This document shows, piece after piece, positions 19,481 through 29,591 of a stretch of DNA of 51,934 nucleotides (position 1 is its first letter; each line of letters begins with the position of its first letter). A program made the position numbers and the translations under genes. Origin of the DNA: a virus (lineage: Duplodnaviria > Caudoviricetes); the IMG/VR virus record IMGVR_UViG_3300048590_000302, positions 1 to 51,934 of that record. One strand, given 5' to 3'. The notes under the pieces are model-generated. The model worked only from the letters and a program-made list of their open reading frames with translations, was not told the DNA's origin and made no database searches.

Positions 19481-20335
19481 ATGGCTGGCAATCCACGCTT
19501 TCTCTATCGCGAGGTCTGGGTTCGGATCATCAATCTGAAGACCGGGCGCGAGATCAATGTCGATCAGCTCCTTCGCATCAACTTCGACGTGCAGCTTTCC
19601 GTGGACTCCAACTGCAACGACGGTACGCTTGAGATCTATAACTTCAACGAGCAGTTTCGTCGTCACTGTGAGGTTCCTCCCGAGAAGAAGGAGAAGGACA
19701 CCTTCTACCATCTCTACGTCGAGCTTTCCGCTGGCTATCAGGACATTCCTCCGAAGATAATATTTGCCGGCTACGCTTCCGGCATCAGCGAATACAAGTC
19801 GCCCGATTGGGTCACGCGACTGACTCTGGTCGATGGCAAGAAGGAGATGAACACGTCGTTTACCAATCGCACCTATCGCAAGGGCACTCCTGTCCAGACC
19901 ATCATCAATGACACCGTGAAGTCGTTCGGGTGTGCGCGAGGCTATGTTTCCCCTGACATCACGAGCGACGTTGTGAAGCATGCGCTTACCTTTTCCGACT
20001 CGAACAAGGACATCATGGATCGCTATGGTGAGCAGTATGATTTCGAGTGGTCGATTCAGAAGGGAGCGATCCAGGTCGTCAAGTCCAGCGAGGCCCTGCC
20101 GACACTGGCCATTGCCCTTTCGCCGTCGAACGGACTTCTCTCTCTTCCTCAGCGTTCGGAGGTCGGGATTGCATTTGAATCCCTCCTTGTGCCATCGCTT
20201 CAGGTGGGCGGCATTGTCGTCATCGAGGACAATGATACGTGGACGGGAGCATGCAAGATTCGGACGGTGCGATTTACCGGGGATAGTGAAGAGGGTCAAT
20301 TCAAGGCTTACGTGGAGGCTGTGATAGCAAAATGA
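19481..20335 (+). CDS. Baseplate hub protein
   Basis: IYN, LSAGY, IFAG, WSIQKG, GLL..P motifs. Confidence 0.75.
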   Translation: MAGNPRFLYREVWVRIINLKTGREINVDQLLRINFDVQLSVDSNCNDGTLEIYNFNEQFRRHCEVPPEKKEKDTFYHLYVELSAGYQDIPPKIIFAGYASGISEYKSPDWVTRLTLVDGKKEMNTSFTNRTYRKGTPVQTIINDTVKSFGCARGYVSPDITSDVVKHALTFSDSNKDIMDRYGEQYDFEWSIQKGAIQVVKSSEALPTLAIALSPSNGLLSLPQRSEVGIAFESLLVPSLQVGGIVVIEDNDTWTGACKIRTVRFTGDSEEGQFKAYVEAVIAK

Positions 20336-21027
20336 GTTACCGCGACGAATCCTACCGACCGACTCTTCCTCAGCTTATTCAGGAGGCGCTTGAAGAGCGC
20401 CTGATGTACGTCAACACTATCATGCCTGCCAAGGTCGTTGAGATAGATGAAACTACTGGCCTCCTCACTGTGGAACCATCTTTTAAGCGCAAGTATCGGC
20501 ATCAGACCGATGCCATTTCGTTACCCCTTATCGCGGGCGTCCCACTCGCTGACATGCGGGCGAACGATGCGATCATTTCCATGCCGATTGCCGTTGGAGA
20601 TCACGTTACCCTCTGGTTTAGTCAACGATCCCTGGAGAACTGGAAGGCTGACGGTAGAACAGCCGTACCCGGTACTCGCAATATCCACCACATTTCAGAC
20701 GCTATTGCTTATCCAGGAACTTATCCCATCAATAAAAACATCAAGACCGACCGCAGCCTCCTCACGATCAAGTTTGGTGCTTCCCAGGTCAAGCTTGCGA
20801 AGGATGCGAGTGTCGAGGTTTCCTGCAAGTCGGGCAAGTTCCGCATCACCTCCGATGGGAAGATTTACGCTGGCAACGGCACGGTTGAATTGCTCGACCT
20901 CTTTGCCCAGACGCTGGCGGCGATCAAGCTGATTCAGGTCCCGACCGCTCTCGGACCATCCGGCGTTCCTGCGAACGTGGCGACATTTACCCAGATTGAG
21001 CAGAAGCTTGGGAGCATCAAGTCATGA
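20332..21027 (+). CDS. Baseplate spike (gp138-like)
   Basis: MPAKVV, PIAVGD..LWFSQRSLENW, HHISDA..PG. Confidence 0.85.
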   Translation: MSYRDESYRPTLPQLIQEALEERLMYVNTIMPAKVVEIDETTGLLTVEPSFKRKYRHQTDAISLPLIAGVPLADMRANDAIISMPIAVGDHVTLWFSQRSLENWKADGRTAVPGTRNIHHISDAIAYPGTYPINKNIKTDRSLLTIKFGASQVKLAKDASVEVSCKSGKFRITSDGKIYAGNGTVELLDLFAQTLAAIKLIQVPTALGPSGVPANVATFTQIEQKLGSIKS

Positions 21028-21563
21028 GTCTTTCCGCTTCCGGCGACTGGCAATCCGATTGGGCCACCGAGGTTGAGCGCACAATGGACGACACATGGAA
21101 GGCGGACCTTGCGACGTTTATCGACGATCATGTCGGCTCTCTTGTCTGCAATGGTGTCAAGGATGAGGATGGCACCGACGCCGGCACGTTCACCTGGGCG
21201 AAGTCAGTCTTTGAAGCTGCTCTTTCCACCGGGACGAAGGAGAATCTTGCCGCTGCCTGGGAGTCCGCTGCTCTTGGCTCCTCGATGGCGATCCCGGCTC
21301 TTTCCTACATTGGATCTCTGACTCCCACAAGTCAATGGTCCGTCGTCGCGTCTGTCGTCGTCGATCCTGCGTCGGTGGCGGCAGGGAAGGCGAAGATCCT
21401 TTCTGATCTTGCAACGATCCAGAACGTATCGCTTGCCAATCAGAGCACCTTCCCTGTTACCCTGCGGGCGGCGTTTCTTCTTCTTACGGTCACGATCACC
21501 GGCACCGACAATAACACAGGTTCCAACGCACCGCTCACCGATGCGGGAAGGGGTTTGAAGTGA
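21024..21563 (+). CDS. Hypothetical baseplate-region protein
   Basis: Overlapping start and stop with neighbours. Confidence 0.6.
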   Translation: MSLSASGDWQSDWATEVERTMDDTWKADLATFIDDHVGSLVCNGVKDEDGTDAGTFTWAKSVFEAALSTGTKENLAAAWESAALGSSMAIPALSYIGSLTPTSQWSVVASVVVDPASVAAGKAKILSDLATIQNVSLANQSTFPVTLRAAFLLLTVTITGTDNNTGSNAPLTDAGRGLK

Positions 21564-21925
21564 ATCTATATATTAACGATGATGGCGACATTGAACTCGA
21601 CACGACGACGAACAATCTTCGTATGGTTTCCGGTGATGATGAGATTCTTCAGATTGTCCTGCGAAACCTGGAGACGTTTCTCGGTGAATGGTTCCTTGAC
21701 TCAACGCTCGGCGTGCCGTGGTTTCAGTCGATCCTTATCAAGAATCCCAGTATCGAGACGATTGACGCTGCTGTTATTGATGTCATTGGCCGGTCTAAGG
21801 GGGTTCTTTCCATCCAGCGCTATGAGAGCGAGCTCGATACCGCCACCCGCGAGCTATCTATCTCTTTCTCGATCCAGACGGTATCTGGCATTATAGACTT
21901 TTCCAAGGATATCAAGCTTGGCTAA
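21560..21925 (+). CDS. Baseplate wedge/sheath initiator (gp25-like)
   Basis: FLGEWFLD..GVPW. Confidence 0.8.
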   Translation: MNLYINDDGDIELDTTTNNLRMVSGDDEILQIVLRNLETFLGEWFLDSTLGVPWFQSILIKNPSIETIDAAVIDVIGRSKGVLSIQRYESELDTATRELSISFSIQTVSGIIDFSKDIKLG

Positions 21926-21943
21926 CCCAGGAGGTTATTGACG

Positions 21944-23431
21944 ATGAGTTATGGCGTCACAGCGGAAGGCTTTGTCCTCAAGCGTCTTGCCGACTGCAAG
22001 ACGGAGATCGAGAACGACCTCAAGTCGATTTTCGGTGCCTCCATTGACCTGGCCGCTAACGGTCCATTCGGTCAGTTTGCCGGTATTATGGCCGAGCGTG
22101 AATCGCTGCTCTGGGAGCTTTTCGAGCAGGTCTACAACTCCGGCTATCCCGATACCGCCGAGGGAGCCCAGCTTGAGCAGGTGGTTCGTTTCAATGCCCT
22201 GGTCAAGGACACCGGCTCGTTCAGCACGGTGGCAATCAAGGTTTACGGTGACATCGGAACGATCGTCACGCAGGGCTCCATTATATCCGTGTCCGGCAAT
22301 CCCCTCGCCCGCTTTCTCGTGGATGAGGATCTGACCATTGGTGCCGGCACGGACGAGGTGCAGAATCTGGCTTTCTCCCTGGTTCCTGATGCCGGCTCCT
22401 TCACTCTTATTTATGATGGCGAGACGACCGGAGCGATTGCCTACAATGCCACTGCCGCAGCGATCAAGGCCGCTCTTGAGGCTCTTGCGAATGTTTCCTC
22501 TGTCACTGTCACGGGTGACTTCACGTCGGGATTTGTCGTTACCTTCACTGGTGTCGATGGTGAGCAGGATCGCGAGCTTTTGGAGGTTGGCTCCAGCACG
22601 CTCGTTCAGGGGGTCACGTCTGTTTCGATTACGATTACCGTGACCACAGCGGGCGAGCTTCCCAATGCAGCGGGAACGGCCACCGCCGAATCCCGTGGGG
22701 CTACCGTGGCTTTGACCGGGACGCTTAGTATCATGGAGACAAGCATCACCGGCTGGGACTCCGTGGTAAATACCGCCGACGCCACCGTTGGACTTGCACC
22801 GGAGACGGACGCCGCCCTGAAGCTTCGTCGTGCGCTCAGCGTTTCTACGTCCGGTGGATCAACCCTTGAGGGTATCGCCACCTACATCCGCAACCGTGTC
22901 GAAGGCGTGACGGCATGCGTGGTGTTTGAGAATGACACGATGTCAACCGATGGCGATGGCCGTCCTCCAAAGTCGATCGAAGTCGTCGTCGAAGGTGGAG
23001 ATGATGCCGACGTTGCCGAGGCGATCTGGCTTTCCGCGAAGGGCGGCATCTATCTTCACGGCTCCGAGACGGTCGTTCATGTTGACGACGAGGGTTTCAA
23101 TCAGACGATTCGCTTCTCGCGTCCGACTCCGGTTCCCATCCATCTCATCGCTGACATTGATGTCGATAGCACATTTCCTGCTGATGGCGAGACGACCCTT
23201 CGTGATCTTATTCTTGACTATGGAGCAAGCCTTGAATCCGGCGATGATGTGATTGTCTATCCGAAGCTTATTTCCGTGTTCAACGACGACAATCTTCCAG
23301 GGATACTCGACATCACAATCAAGATCGGCACGGCTGCTCTGCCGACACTCGACGACAACATCACGATTTCCAACTCGGAGCGTTCGTCGTGGGACAGTGC
23401 CCGCATCACCATTAACGTCACGGTGGTTTGA
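21944..23431 (+). CDS. Baseplate J-like protein with an internal domain insertion
   Basis: YGVT..GF, PDTAEG..L, ETDAALKLRR, VFENDT, PPKSI..VVEGG, FSRP. Confidence 0.9.
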   Translation: MSYGVTAEGFVLKRLADCKTEIENDLKSIFGASIDLAANGPFGQFAGIMAERESLLWELFEQVYNSGYPDTAEGAQLEQVVRFNALVKDTGSFSTVAIKVYGDIGTIVTQGSIISVSGNPLARFLVDEDLTIGAGTDEVQNLAFSLVPDAGSFTLIYDGETTGAIAYNATAAAIKAALEALANVSSVTVTGDFTSGFVVTFTGVDGEQDRELLEVGSSTLVQGVTSVSITITVTTAGELPNAAGTATAESRGATVALTGTLSIMETSITGWDSVVNTADATVGLAPETDAALKLRRALSVSTSGGSTLEGIATYIRNRVEGVTACVVFENDTMSTDGDGRPPKSIEVVVEGGDDADVAEAIWLSAKGGIYLHGSETVVHVDDEGFNQTIRFSRPTPVPIHLIADIDVDSTFPADGETTLRDLILDYGASLESGDDVIVYPKLISVFNDDNLPGILDITIKIGTAALPTLDDNITISNSERSSWDSARITINVTVV

Positions 23432-23433
23432 CC

Positions 23434-24261
23434 ATGGCCGAGATCACTCACGTTACGACTCATCTTTCCGATGCGCTTGACAGGTTGATCGAACGCTATC
23501 GGGAGAAGCCGAACTTTACCGCGTTCATGTCGATCTATCCTGAGAAGCTTCAGGAGCTTGAGGATGCCGTTATTGCTTTCGTTAATGCCAAGTGGCTTGA
23601 TGATGCCGTTGGCGAGCAGCTTGACAAGCTTGGGCTTATCGTCGGTTGTCTTCGTCGTGGCTACGACGACGACCTTTACCGCATCCTTATCAAGGTGCAG
23701 ATTCTTATCAATTCGAGCGAAGGTCAGGCTCCTGACCTCATCAACATTTTCAAGGATCTCACGCAAGGAACTCTGGTCCGCTACATCAACGAAGGTCACG
23801 CTTCGGCATCGCTCATGAGCAATGGAACCAACCCATTTTCCGATAATGATCTCTTCTATGAGCTTATGGAGCGCGTTGCCGCTGGCGGTGTAAGGCTCAA
23901 CACGCTTGGCCTCTATGCTGACGTTCCATTCGGCTTTGATCCTGCGACTGGTGTTCTTGCTGGCTTCGGCACGGGGAAGTTTCCCACGATGCTCAAGAAG
24001 AGTGGCGGCATGTCGCTGATGAGTCTTCCGGCGTCTGGTCTTTCCGGGAAGCTCTCGGGAGAATATGCAGTGGAAGCGCATACCGTGGTCGGCAACTGCG
24101 TTGTGGAGGCTGACGCCACGGCGATTTTCCCGATTGGGTCGAGCCTCGACTTCGCCGGGGAATACTCGATTCTTGTCCTTGGTCATCTTCAGCTCGCGGA
24201 TATTTCCGCTCTGGATCGCATCACTCTTGGATCTGACGACGCAATCCTAACCATACTCTAA
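23434..24261 (+). CDS. Baseplate wedge protein (DUF2612-like)
   Basis: LDDAVGEQLDKLG.IVG..R...DDDLYR..I. Confidence 0.8.
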   Translation: MAEITHVTTHLSDALDRLIERYREKPNFTAFMSIYPEKLQELEDAVIAFVNAKWLDDAVGEQLDKLGLIVGCLRRGYDDDLYRILIKVQILINSSEGQAPDLINIFKDLTQGTLVRYINEGHASASLMSNGTNPFSDNDLFYELMERVAAGGVRLNTLGLYADVPFGFDPATGVLAGFGTGKFPTMLKKSGGMSLMSLPASGLSGKLSGEYAVEAHTVVGNCVVEADATAIFPIGSSLDFAGEYSILVLGHLQLADISALDRITLGSDDAILTIL

Positions 24262-24274
24262 GGAGCAGCAACCC

Positions 24275-24772
24275 ATGGCCAAACCATCCGAACATCTTGA
24301 GTGGTGCGTAGGCAACCCCGATCCTGGAACGAATGTAATCGAGCCCGACGGGGCAAAGAAGATCGCCGGCTGGGTCCAGGATGAGAGCCCCTACGCCGAA
24401 CACTTCAACTACCTGTTCAACCTTCAGGATCTTTGGAACAAGTATCTTGAGGAGACGACGGACGACCTTGTTTCGCTGACAGAGGAATCCGTTACGAGCA
24501 TCACGACAACCCCTGTCACGCTCACCGCCGCCGAAACACGTCACATACTCCTCGTTGATACGAGTGCCGCGAGGACGCTGACACTTCCTGCGGCGGCGGC
24601 TGGTCTGCGCTTTACCATCAAGGACAAGACGGGTCAGGCATCGACCAACCCAATCACAATTGCCCGAGCAGGATCGGAAAGCATCGAGGGCCTTGCGGCG
24701 AACTATACTCTTGAAGCCGACTGGGGTAGGTGGGAACTCGTTTGCGACGGCACCAACTGGTTCATAATCTGA
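24275..24772 (+). CDS. Short tail fibre/adaptor protein
   Basis: P..K..GW...P.AEHFN N-terminal anchor; TLTLPAA...IKD...DGTNW module. Confidence 0.75.
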   Translation: MAKPSEHLEWCVGNPDPGTNVIEPDGAKKIAGWVQDESPYAEHFNYLFNLQDLWNKYLEETTDDLVSLTEESVTSITTTPVTLTAAETRHILLVDTSAARTLTLPAAAAGLRFTIKDKTGQASTNPITIARAGSESIEGLAANYTLEADWGRWELVCDGTNWFII

Positions 24773-24787
24773 AAGGAACACCATCAC

Positions 24788-26119
24788 ATGAGCAACCGCA
24801 TCATCAAGCAGTATTCAGCCGACTCAACCTGGACAGCCCCTGGTGGCGTCAATCGTGTTCTCGTTTCCATCTTCGACTCGCGCGAGCTTACGCAGAAGAT
24901 CCGAGCCGGATTTTCAACGTCGCTTGCTCTTGGGCAGGACGGACAGCTTTGGACCTGGGGTTATAGTGGATCAGGGGAGCTGGGAGACAGCACTGTTGTA
25001 TCGAAAAGCTCCCCCGTCATCCCATCGAACCCGTGGCCGAAGTTCAAGAGCGTGGCAAACGGAGCCTATCACTACCTCGCAATCGACGAGCAGGGGCGCT
25101 GCTGGGCATGGGGTTCCGGCCTTAACGGTCGTCTTGGCAACAATGCGGCCTCCAACCAATCTCTCCCTGTTCAGGTGGCCACCGGGGTTCGTTTCAAGAT
25201 GGTTGCCGGCGGTCAGGATCACAGCGTTGGAATTGACCAGGACGGCTACCTTTGGGCCTGGGGAGATAATACCGGCTATCAGCTTGGTGACGGGACGAAC
25301 GTAGCTAAAAGCACGCCTGTTCGCGTTTCCTCGAACCTCAAGTTCAAGTTCGTCGAAGCCGGCAACAGTTTTTCCCTGGCAATCAGCGAAGCCGGCAACG
25401 CCTATGCCTGGGGTTCCAATCTGGACGGACAGCTTGGTTTGGGCGACACCACAACGCGCAGCAGTCCGGTTCAGGTGACGACGCCAGCCAAGACGTGGAA
25501 GATGCTTTCCGCCACTCTCGCTGGAACGTCGTTCTTCCTTGCTGACGACGGCACTCTCTATGCTTCCGGTGAGAACGGCAGCTTTGAACTGGGAATTCCC
25601 GGCAGCCCCAATGTCAGCACTCCCACGCAGGTTTCCGGTCCTGCAACGTGGATGCACATTTCCGCTGCCAGCAACATGGTCCTTGGCCTTGATTCCAACG
25701 GTGCGGCTTGGGCCTGGGGCTTGGATCTTGATGGCGAGATGGGAGTCGGCAACGTCACCTACACGGATGTTTCCAGTCCCTCGGCTGTGATTGGTGGTCA
25801 TACGTTCATTCACTGCAATGCCGGCGACTTTTTCTACGCAGGACTCAAGTCTGATGGGACGATGTGGGTTTGGGGGGATTCACTTGATGGTGCCGTTGGC
25901 GTCGGCAGCACAACGATTCAACGCTCGCCCGTGCAGATGGTTGGCAACCAGAGGTTTGACACGATGTTCGACGAGGTCTTTGTTGCTCGCCGGTATATTG
26001 ATGTCACTCCTGGAACATCGTATGCGATCACGGTTGGAGCTGGTGTCGTGAAGTTTGGCGATGAGATCATCTGTCACAACTCAGGCTATAACATCATGGT
26101 GCTGGATTACGTGAAATGA
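24788..26119 (+). CDS. RCC1-repeat beta-propeller protein, probably tail-associated
   Basis: About seven repeats of G..H/S..DG..WAWG.N..GQLG..SSPVQV. Confidence 0.9.
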   Translation: MSNRIIKQYSADSTWTAPGGVNRVLVSIFDSRELTQKIRAGFSTSLALGQDGQLWTWGYSGSGELGDSTVVSKSSPVIPSNPWPKFKSVANGAYHYLAIDEQGRCWAWGSGLNGRLGNNAASNQSLPVQVATGVRFKMVAGGQDHSVGIDQDGYLWAWGDNTGYQLGDGTNVAKSTPVRVSSNLKFKFVEAGNSFSLAISEAGNAYAWGSNLDGQLGLGDTTTRSSPVQVTTPAKTWKMLSATLAGTSFFLADDGTLYASGENGSFELGIPGSPNVSTPTQVSGPATWMHISAASNMVLGLDSNGAAWAWGLDLDGEMGVGNVTYTDVSSPSAVIGGHTFIHCNAGDFFYAGLKSDGTMWVWGDSLDGAVGVGSTTIQRSPVQMVGNQRFDTMFDEVFVARRYIDVTPGTSYAITVGAGVVKFGDEIICHNSGYNIMVLDYVK

Positions 26120-27108
26120 ACCCTACCCCATCACACAAGGATACAGCAACCATTCCTGCATGGGAGATCCCGAGCTTTCGGGTCTTCCATGCGCTTCAGC
26201 GCGGCACCGACAAGCGCTGGCTCTTCAAGCTTCCCGGTGGACTTGGTGATGTCGTCTGCGCGGAGCCCGTCATTCGTTTTGCCGCCGAGCACTTCCTCGG
26301 TGTCTCCATCTCGATCGTCACGCATCTTCCCGAGCTTTTCTCCCATCTCCCCGTCCATATTCATCGTCCCGGCGAAGTGAACGAGCAGGACTATTATGTT
26401 CTTGAAACAATCCGCCCGTCGCAGAGTCTCAACTGGGAATTCTACACACACCCTCTTCTTCACTGCGTTGACTATCTTTCTGTATCGACGCTTCGCTGCC
26501 AGCTTCCCAATGCGGCGAAGGAGGTTCGGCTTCCTGAGTTTGACGATCTGACGAACCCCATAGTGCGATCCATCGTGAGAAACAGCGACAACTTCGTCGT
26601 CGTCCATCCTGGTCGTCACTGGCAGTCGAAGACGTTTCCCGCGTCGTGGTGGAACGCGGTTATCGACTGTCTTCACGATCGGGGATTTGACGTTTGCCTT
26701 GTCGGCAAGCACATCGACGAGCGCCTTGGTTATGTTGCTCTTGATCGCTCGGATGTCATCGACCTTCGCGACTCGCTGTCGATCCCGGAGCTGGTATTTC
26801 TCCTGAAGGGCTGCCGCTATCTTGTCACGAACGATTCGAGCCCGATCCACATTGCAGCGGCGGGGCAGGCATTTATTGCCTTCGTTGCGAGTTGCAAGCA
26901 TCCTGACTTTCTGTATCACTGGCGTCAAGGCCAGTACGGGTGGCGAATGCGGGACTTTGGCCGCGATGGACTTTATAATTATATGAGCTGGTCGCCGGTT
27001 CAGAAGGATGAGGTTTCCATCGAGTTCTGTACGCCCGAGATGATGGAGCGGATTCTTCCCGAGCCGGATGAGATTGCCTTTCACCTTTCCCAACTTAGGA
27101 GTGTTTGA
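26116..27108 (+). CDS. Glycosyltransferase family 9 (heptosyltransferase-like, GT-B)
   Basis: GGLGDVV..P, VVVHPG...KTFP, VTNDSSPIHIAAA. Confidence 0.88.
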   Translation: MNPTPSHKDTATIPAWEIPSFRVFHALQRGTDKRWLFKLPGGLGDVVCAEPVIRFAAEHFLGVSISIVTHLPELFSHLPVHIHRPGEVNEQDYYVLETIRPSQSLNWEFYTHPLLHCVDYLSVSTLRCQLPNAAKEVRLPEFDDLTNPIVRSIVRNSDNFVVVHPGRHWQSKTFPASWWNAVIDCLHDRGFDVCLVGKHIDERLGYVALDRSDVIDLRDSLSIPELVFLLKGCRYLVTNDSSPIHIAAAGQAFIAFVASCKHPDFLYHWRQGQYGWRMRDFGRDGLYNYMSWSPVQKDEVSIEFCTPEMMERILPEPDEIAFHLSQLRSV

Positions 27109-27109
27109 T

Positions 27110-27760
27110 ATGCACACCCGCGTCATCGTCGTCGGCAATGAGCCTGTCGAGAAGCTGATTCAATCCCTCGATCAACTGATTGCCACTCGCGAGAGGTCGT
27201 TTCGAGCAGGGGAATACTTCGTCAACCTCCGCTATCCTGATGCCAATCCTGAGATGGCTCGCGAGCTGTTGATCACAAAGTGCGAGCGCAATCGCATTCG
27301 CTACTGTGAGGCACCTCAAGGCTATGATGATGTCATGGCGTTCAACTGGGTGCTTTCCCATATTCTCGAGTGTCCCGACGACGACCTGGCTGTCTTCTAT
27401 CCAGGGACGAGCTTTCCCTCTGTTCTTAACTGGGAGCGTGCCGTGACTGATTCCATTCGCGGTGATACGGACACGGTCTGGTCGAGTCTTCTTTCTGATG
27501 AAGTGAAGGGCAACCTTAATACTCCAGCCAACCGTGACGAGCGGACGCTTCCCAATGGCCGCAAGGTCTGGCATCCGAAGCAGCCGCAGGCGGTGGCTGT
27601 TTCCGCGTTTCACTATGGATGGCTCAAGTCTCAGGGTGGTCTTCCCGCTCGCGGTACAAATCCCAACCAGGGTATCGGCCAGCAGCTTCATGCGAAGCTT
27701 GGCAGCAAGAAGCGGTCGTTTCTCCCGGACTTCACCGAGAGCAATATTCTGAGGACATGA
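27110..27760 (+). CDS. Hypothetical protein, possibly a degenerate GT-A fold glycosyltransferase
   Basis: Adjacent to GT9; alpha/beta pattern and WLK..GG motif, but no clear DxD. Confidence 0.4.
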   Translation: MHTRVIVVGNEPVEKLIQSLDQLIATRERSFRAGEYFVNLRYPDANPEMARELLITKCERNRIRYCEAPQGYDDVMAFNWVLSHILECPDDDLAVFYPGTSFPSVLNWERAVTDSIRGDTDTVWSSLLSDEVKGNLNTPANRDERTLPNGRKVWHPKQPQAVAVSAFHYGWLKSQGGLPARGTNPNQGIGQQLHAKLGSKKRSFLPDFTESNILRT

Positions 27761-28248
27761 TGGACGTCACTTCTCTCGTCCGTTCGTGGACGACGCACAT
27801 TTCCCCGGAGATCCAATCGGTAATTCTCGCGATGTGCGTTCGCGAGAGTTCCCTTGATCCGTGGGCCATCCGCTATGAAAGCCACTACTCCTGGCCGTGG
27901 CAGGTCAAGGAGAACGCCCGGGATCTTAATATCTCGTTTGACACCGAGCTTCAGCTTCAGAAGTTTTCCTATGGGCTTCTTCAGGTGATGGGTGGGACCG
28001 CACGGTGGCAGGGTTTCAAAGGTCCTCTGATGCAGCTTTGCTGTGACCATCGTGCGGCCTTCGACCATGGCCTGAATTACTTTCTCTATCAGTTTGAGCG
28101 TTACGACAAAAACATCGTCAAGGCGCTCTGCGCGTACAACGGTGGAAACGTGAAAATCGTCGATGGAAAATACAAGAATCAGACCTATGCAGACGAGGTT
28201 CTGCAGTTTCGCAATCAGTTGAAAAAGCACTGGGAGATGAGCGCATGA
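27757..28248 (+). CDS. Lytic transglycosylase (SLT family), candidate endolysin
   Basis: RESS catalytic Glu, SYGLLQVM, AYNGG. Confidence 0.9.
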   Translation: MMDVTSLVRSWTTHISPEIQSVILAMCVRESSLDPWAIRYESHYSWPWQVKENARDLNISFDTELQLQKFSYGLLQVMGGTARWQGFKGPLMQLCCDHRAAFDHGLNYFLYQFERYDKNIVKALCAYNGGNVKIVDGKYKNQTYADEVLQFRNQLKKHWEMSA

Positions 28249-29591
28249 CACTTGCAGTTATCGGTGGTGGTGGAGGCCGTGGAAGTTTAATTTACCGCGG
28301 CGCTGATCCTGACGCTGTGACAGGAGCCCTGGAAGGCGATCTGTTCATTCTCGAAACGAACGGTTTGCTCTATCAGTACGATGGAAGCCAATGGGTTAAC
28401 ACTACGATTCACGTCAAAGGCAGCCGTTGGTATTTCCAGGGCACGCAGCCCGCTGATCTTGTTCCTGGCGACGTAATTTATGATGATGTTGGTTTCGTCC
28501 AAATCTATCTCGGCGATGCTGGCTTTGAAGGCATCGGCAGGATCTCTCCTGCGAAGTGGTATTTCGGGGAGGATAGCGCAGAAGTTGCTGTGCCTCTGAT
28601 CGGCGATATGTTTGTTGTGGTATCGACTGGTGACGTTTATCAGTATGACCCCAACAACGGTTGGGGTGATGTTGACTCCCCTATCTTTAATCTCAAAGGC
28701 CCTGCTGGCGCTGATGGCGCAACTGGTCCCGCAGGCGCAACTGGTCCCGCTGGTCCTGGCCTTGCCGCTGGTGGAACCACTGGCCAGATTCTAGCAAAGA
28801 AAACAAACACAGACTACGACACTGAATGGATTGATGCACCAACAGGTGGTGGCGGATCTGTGGATCTAGGCGGAATAGAATACGAGATTATCCAGGATTG
28901 GATTCAAGCTACAGAGCCTAAACCAATGGGTGAGCCAGTTACATCTGGCGCTACTAATCTTGTAGAATATATTCAAAAAGATGGTGCTCTAGGACTTTAT
29001 TCATTCTATGGAAGTAGCGCGAGCGCGTATGGCCGATTCACAGAAACACTTGGCAACCAGTTTCAGTATTCATGGCATCTCGATGCTTTAGGTGCCAATA
29101 CAACTGTTTTTGCAGGCCGCATCATGGCGATAGAATATAGATTTAAATTTTACAACGGCAACCTCCCGGTCGGGAATGATTCATGGTATTTTTTCGGACT
29201 TGGCGAGCGCCTTATTCATGACTATGCAGCTCCTTCTTTTCAGACTGGTCTTCATATCAATGGCACACTCCAACCAGCTACTGGTCGTTACTACATTCGT
29301 CGTAAAGATGGCGGTATTGTCGGCAATGAATTTACTGATCTTGGACCCGTTGACAGCGGTTGGAAAACGTATCGTCTGGAAGCAGAACATAAAGGATCTG
29401 GTGTCATAACATACAGGCACTACTTTCAAGGTGTTCTCGTCCTGACGTACGACGTAACGTCTGCACAGCATGGTTCTGGATATAGATGGCTTAATTGCTA
29501 CTGGCAGAATTCCGCGACTGCTCCAGCAGGTCTTAGAGGAATCACTCTTGATTATGTCAAACTTTATCTTAAAAGGCCGAGGACTTATTGA
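28245..29591 (+). CDS. Tail fibre/receptor-binding protein with collagen-like linker
   Basis: GD..G..YQY repeats, GPAGADGATGPAGATGPAGP, GGTTGQILAK..TDYDTEW, beta-rich C-terminus. Confidence 0.8.
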   Translation: MTLAVIGGGGGRGSLIYRGADPDAVTGALEGDLFILETNGLLYQYDGSQWVNTTIHVKGSRWYFQGTQPADLVPGDVIYDDVGFVQIYLGDAGFEGIGRISPAKWYFGEDSAEVAVPLIGDMFVVVSTGDVYQYDPNNGWGDVDSPIFNLKGPAGADGATGPAGATGPAGPGLAAGGTTGQILAKKTNTDYDTEWIDAPTGGGGSVDLGGIEYEIIQDWIQATEPKPMGEPVTSGATNLVEYIQKDGALGLYSFYGSSASAYGRFTETLGNQFQYSWHLDALGANTTVFAGRIMAIEYRFKFYNGNLPVGNDSWYFFGLGERLIHDYAAPSFQTGLHINGTLQPATGRYYIRRKDGGIVGNEFTDLGPVDSGWKTYRLEAEHKGSGVITYRHYFQGVLVLTYDVTSAQHGSGYRWLNCYWQNSATAPAGLRGITLDYVKLYLKRPRTY

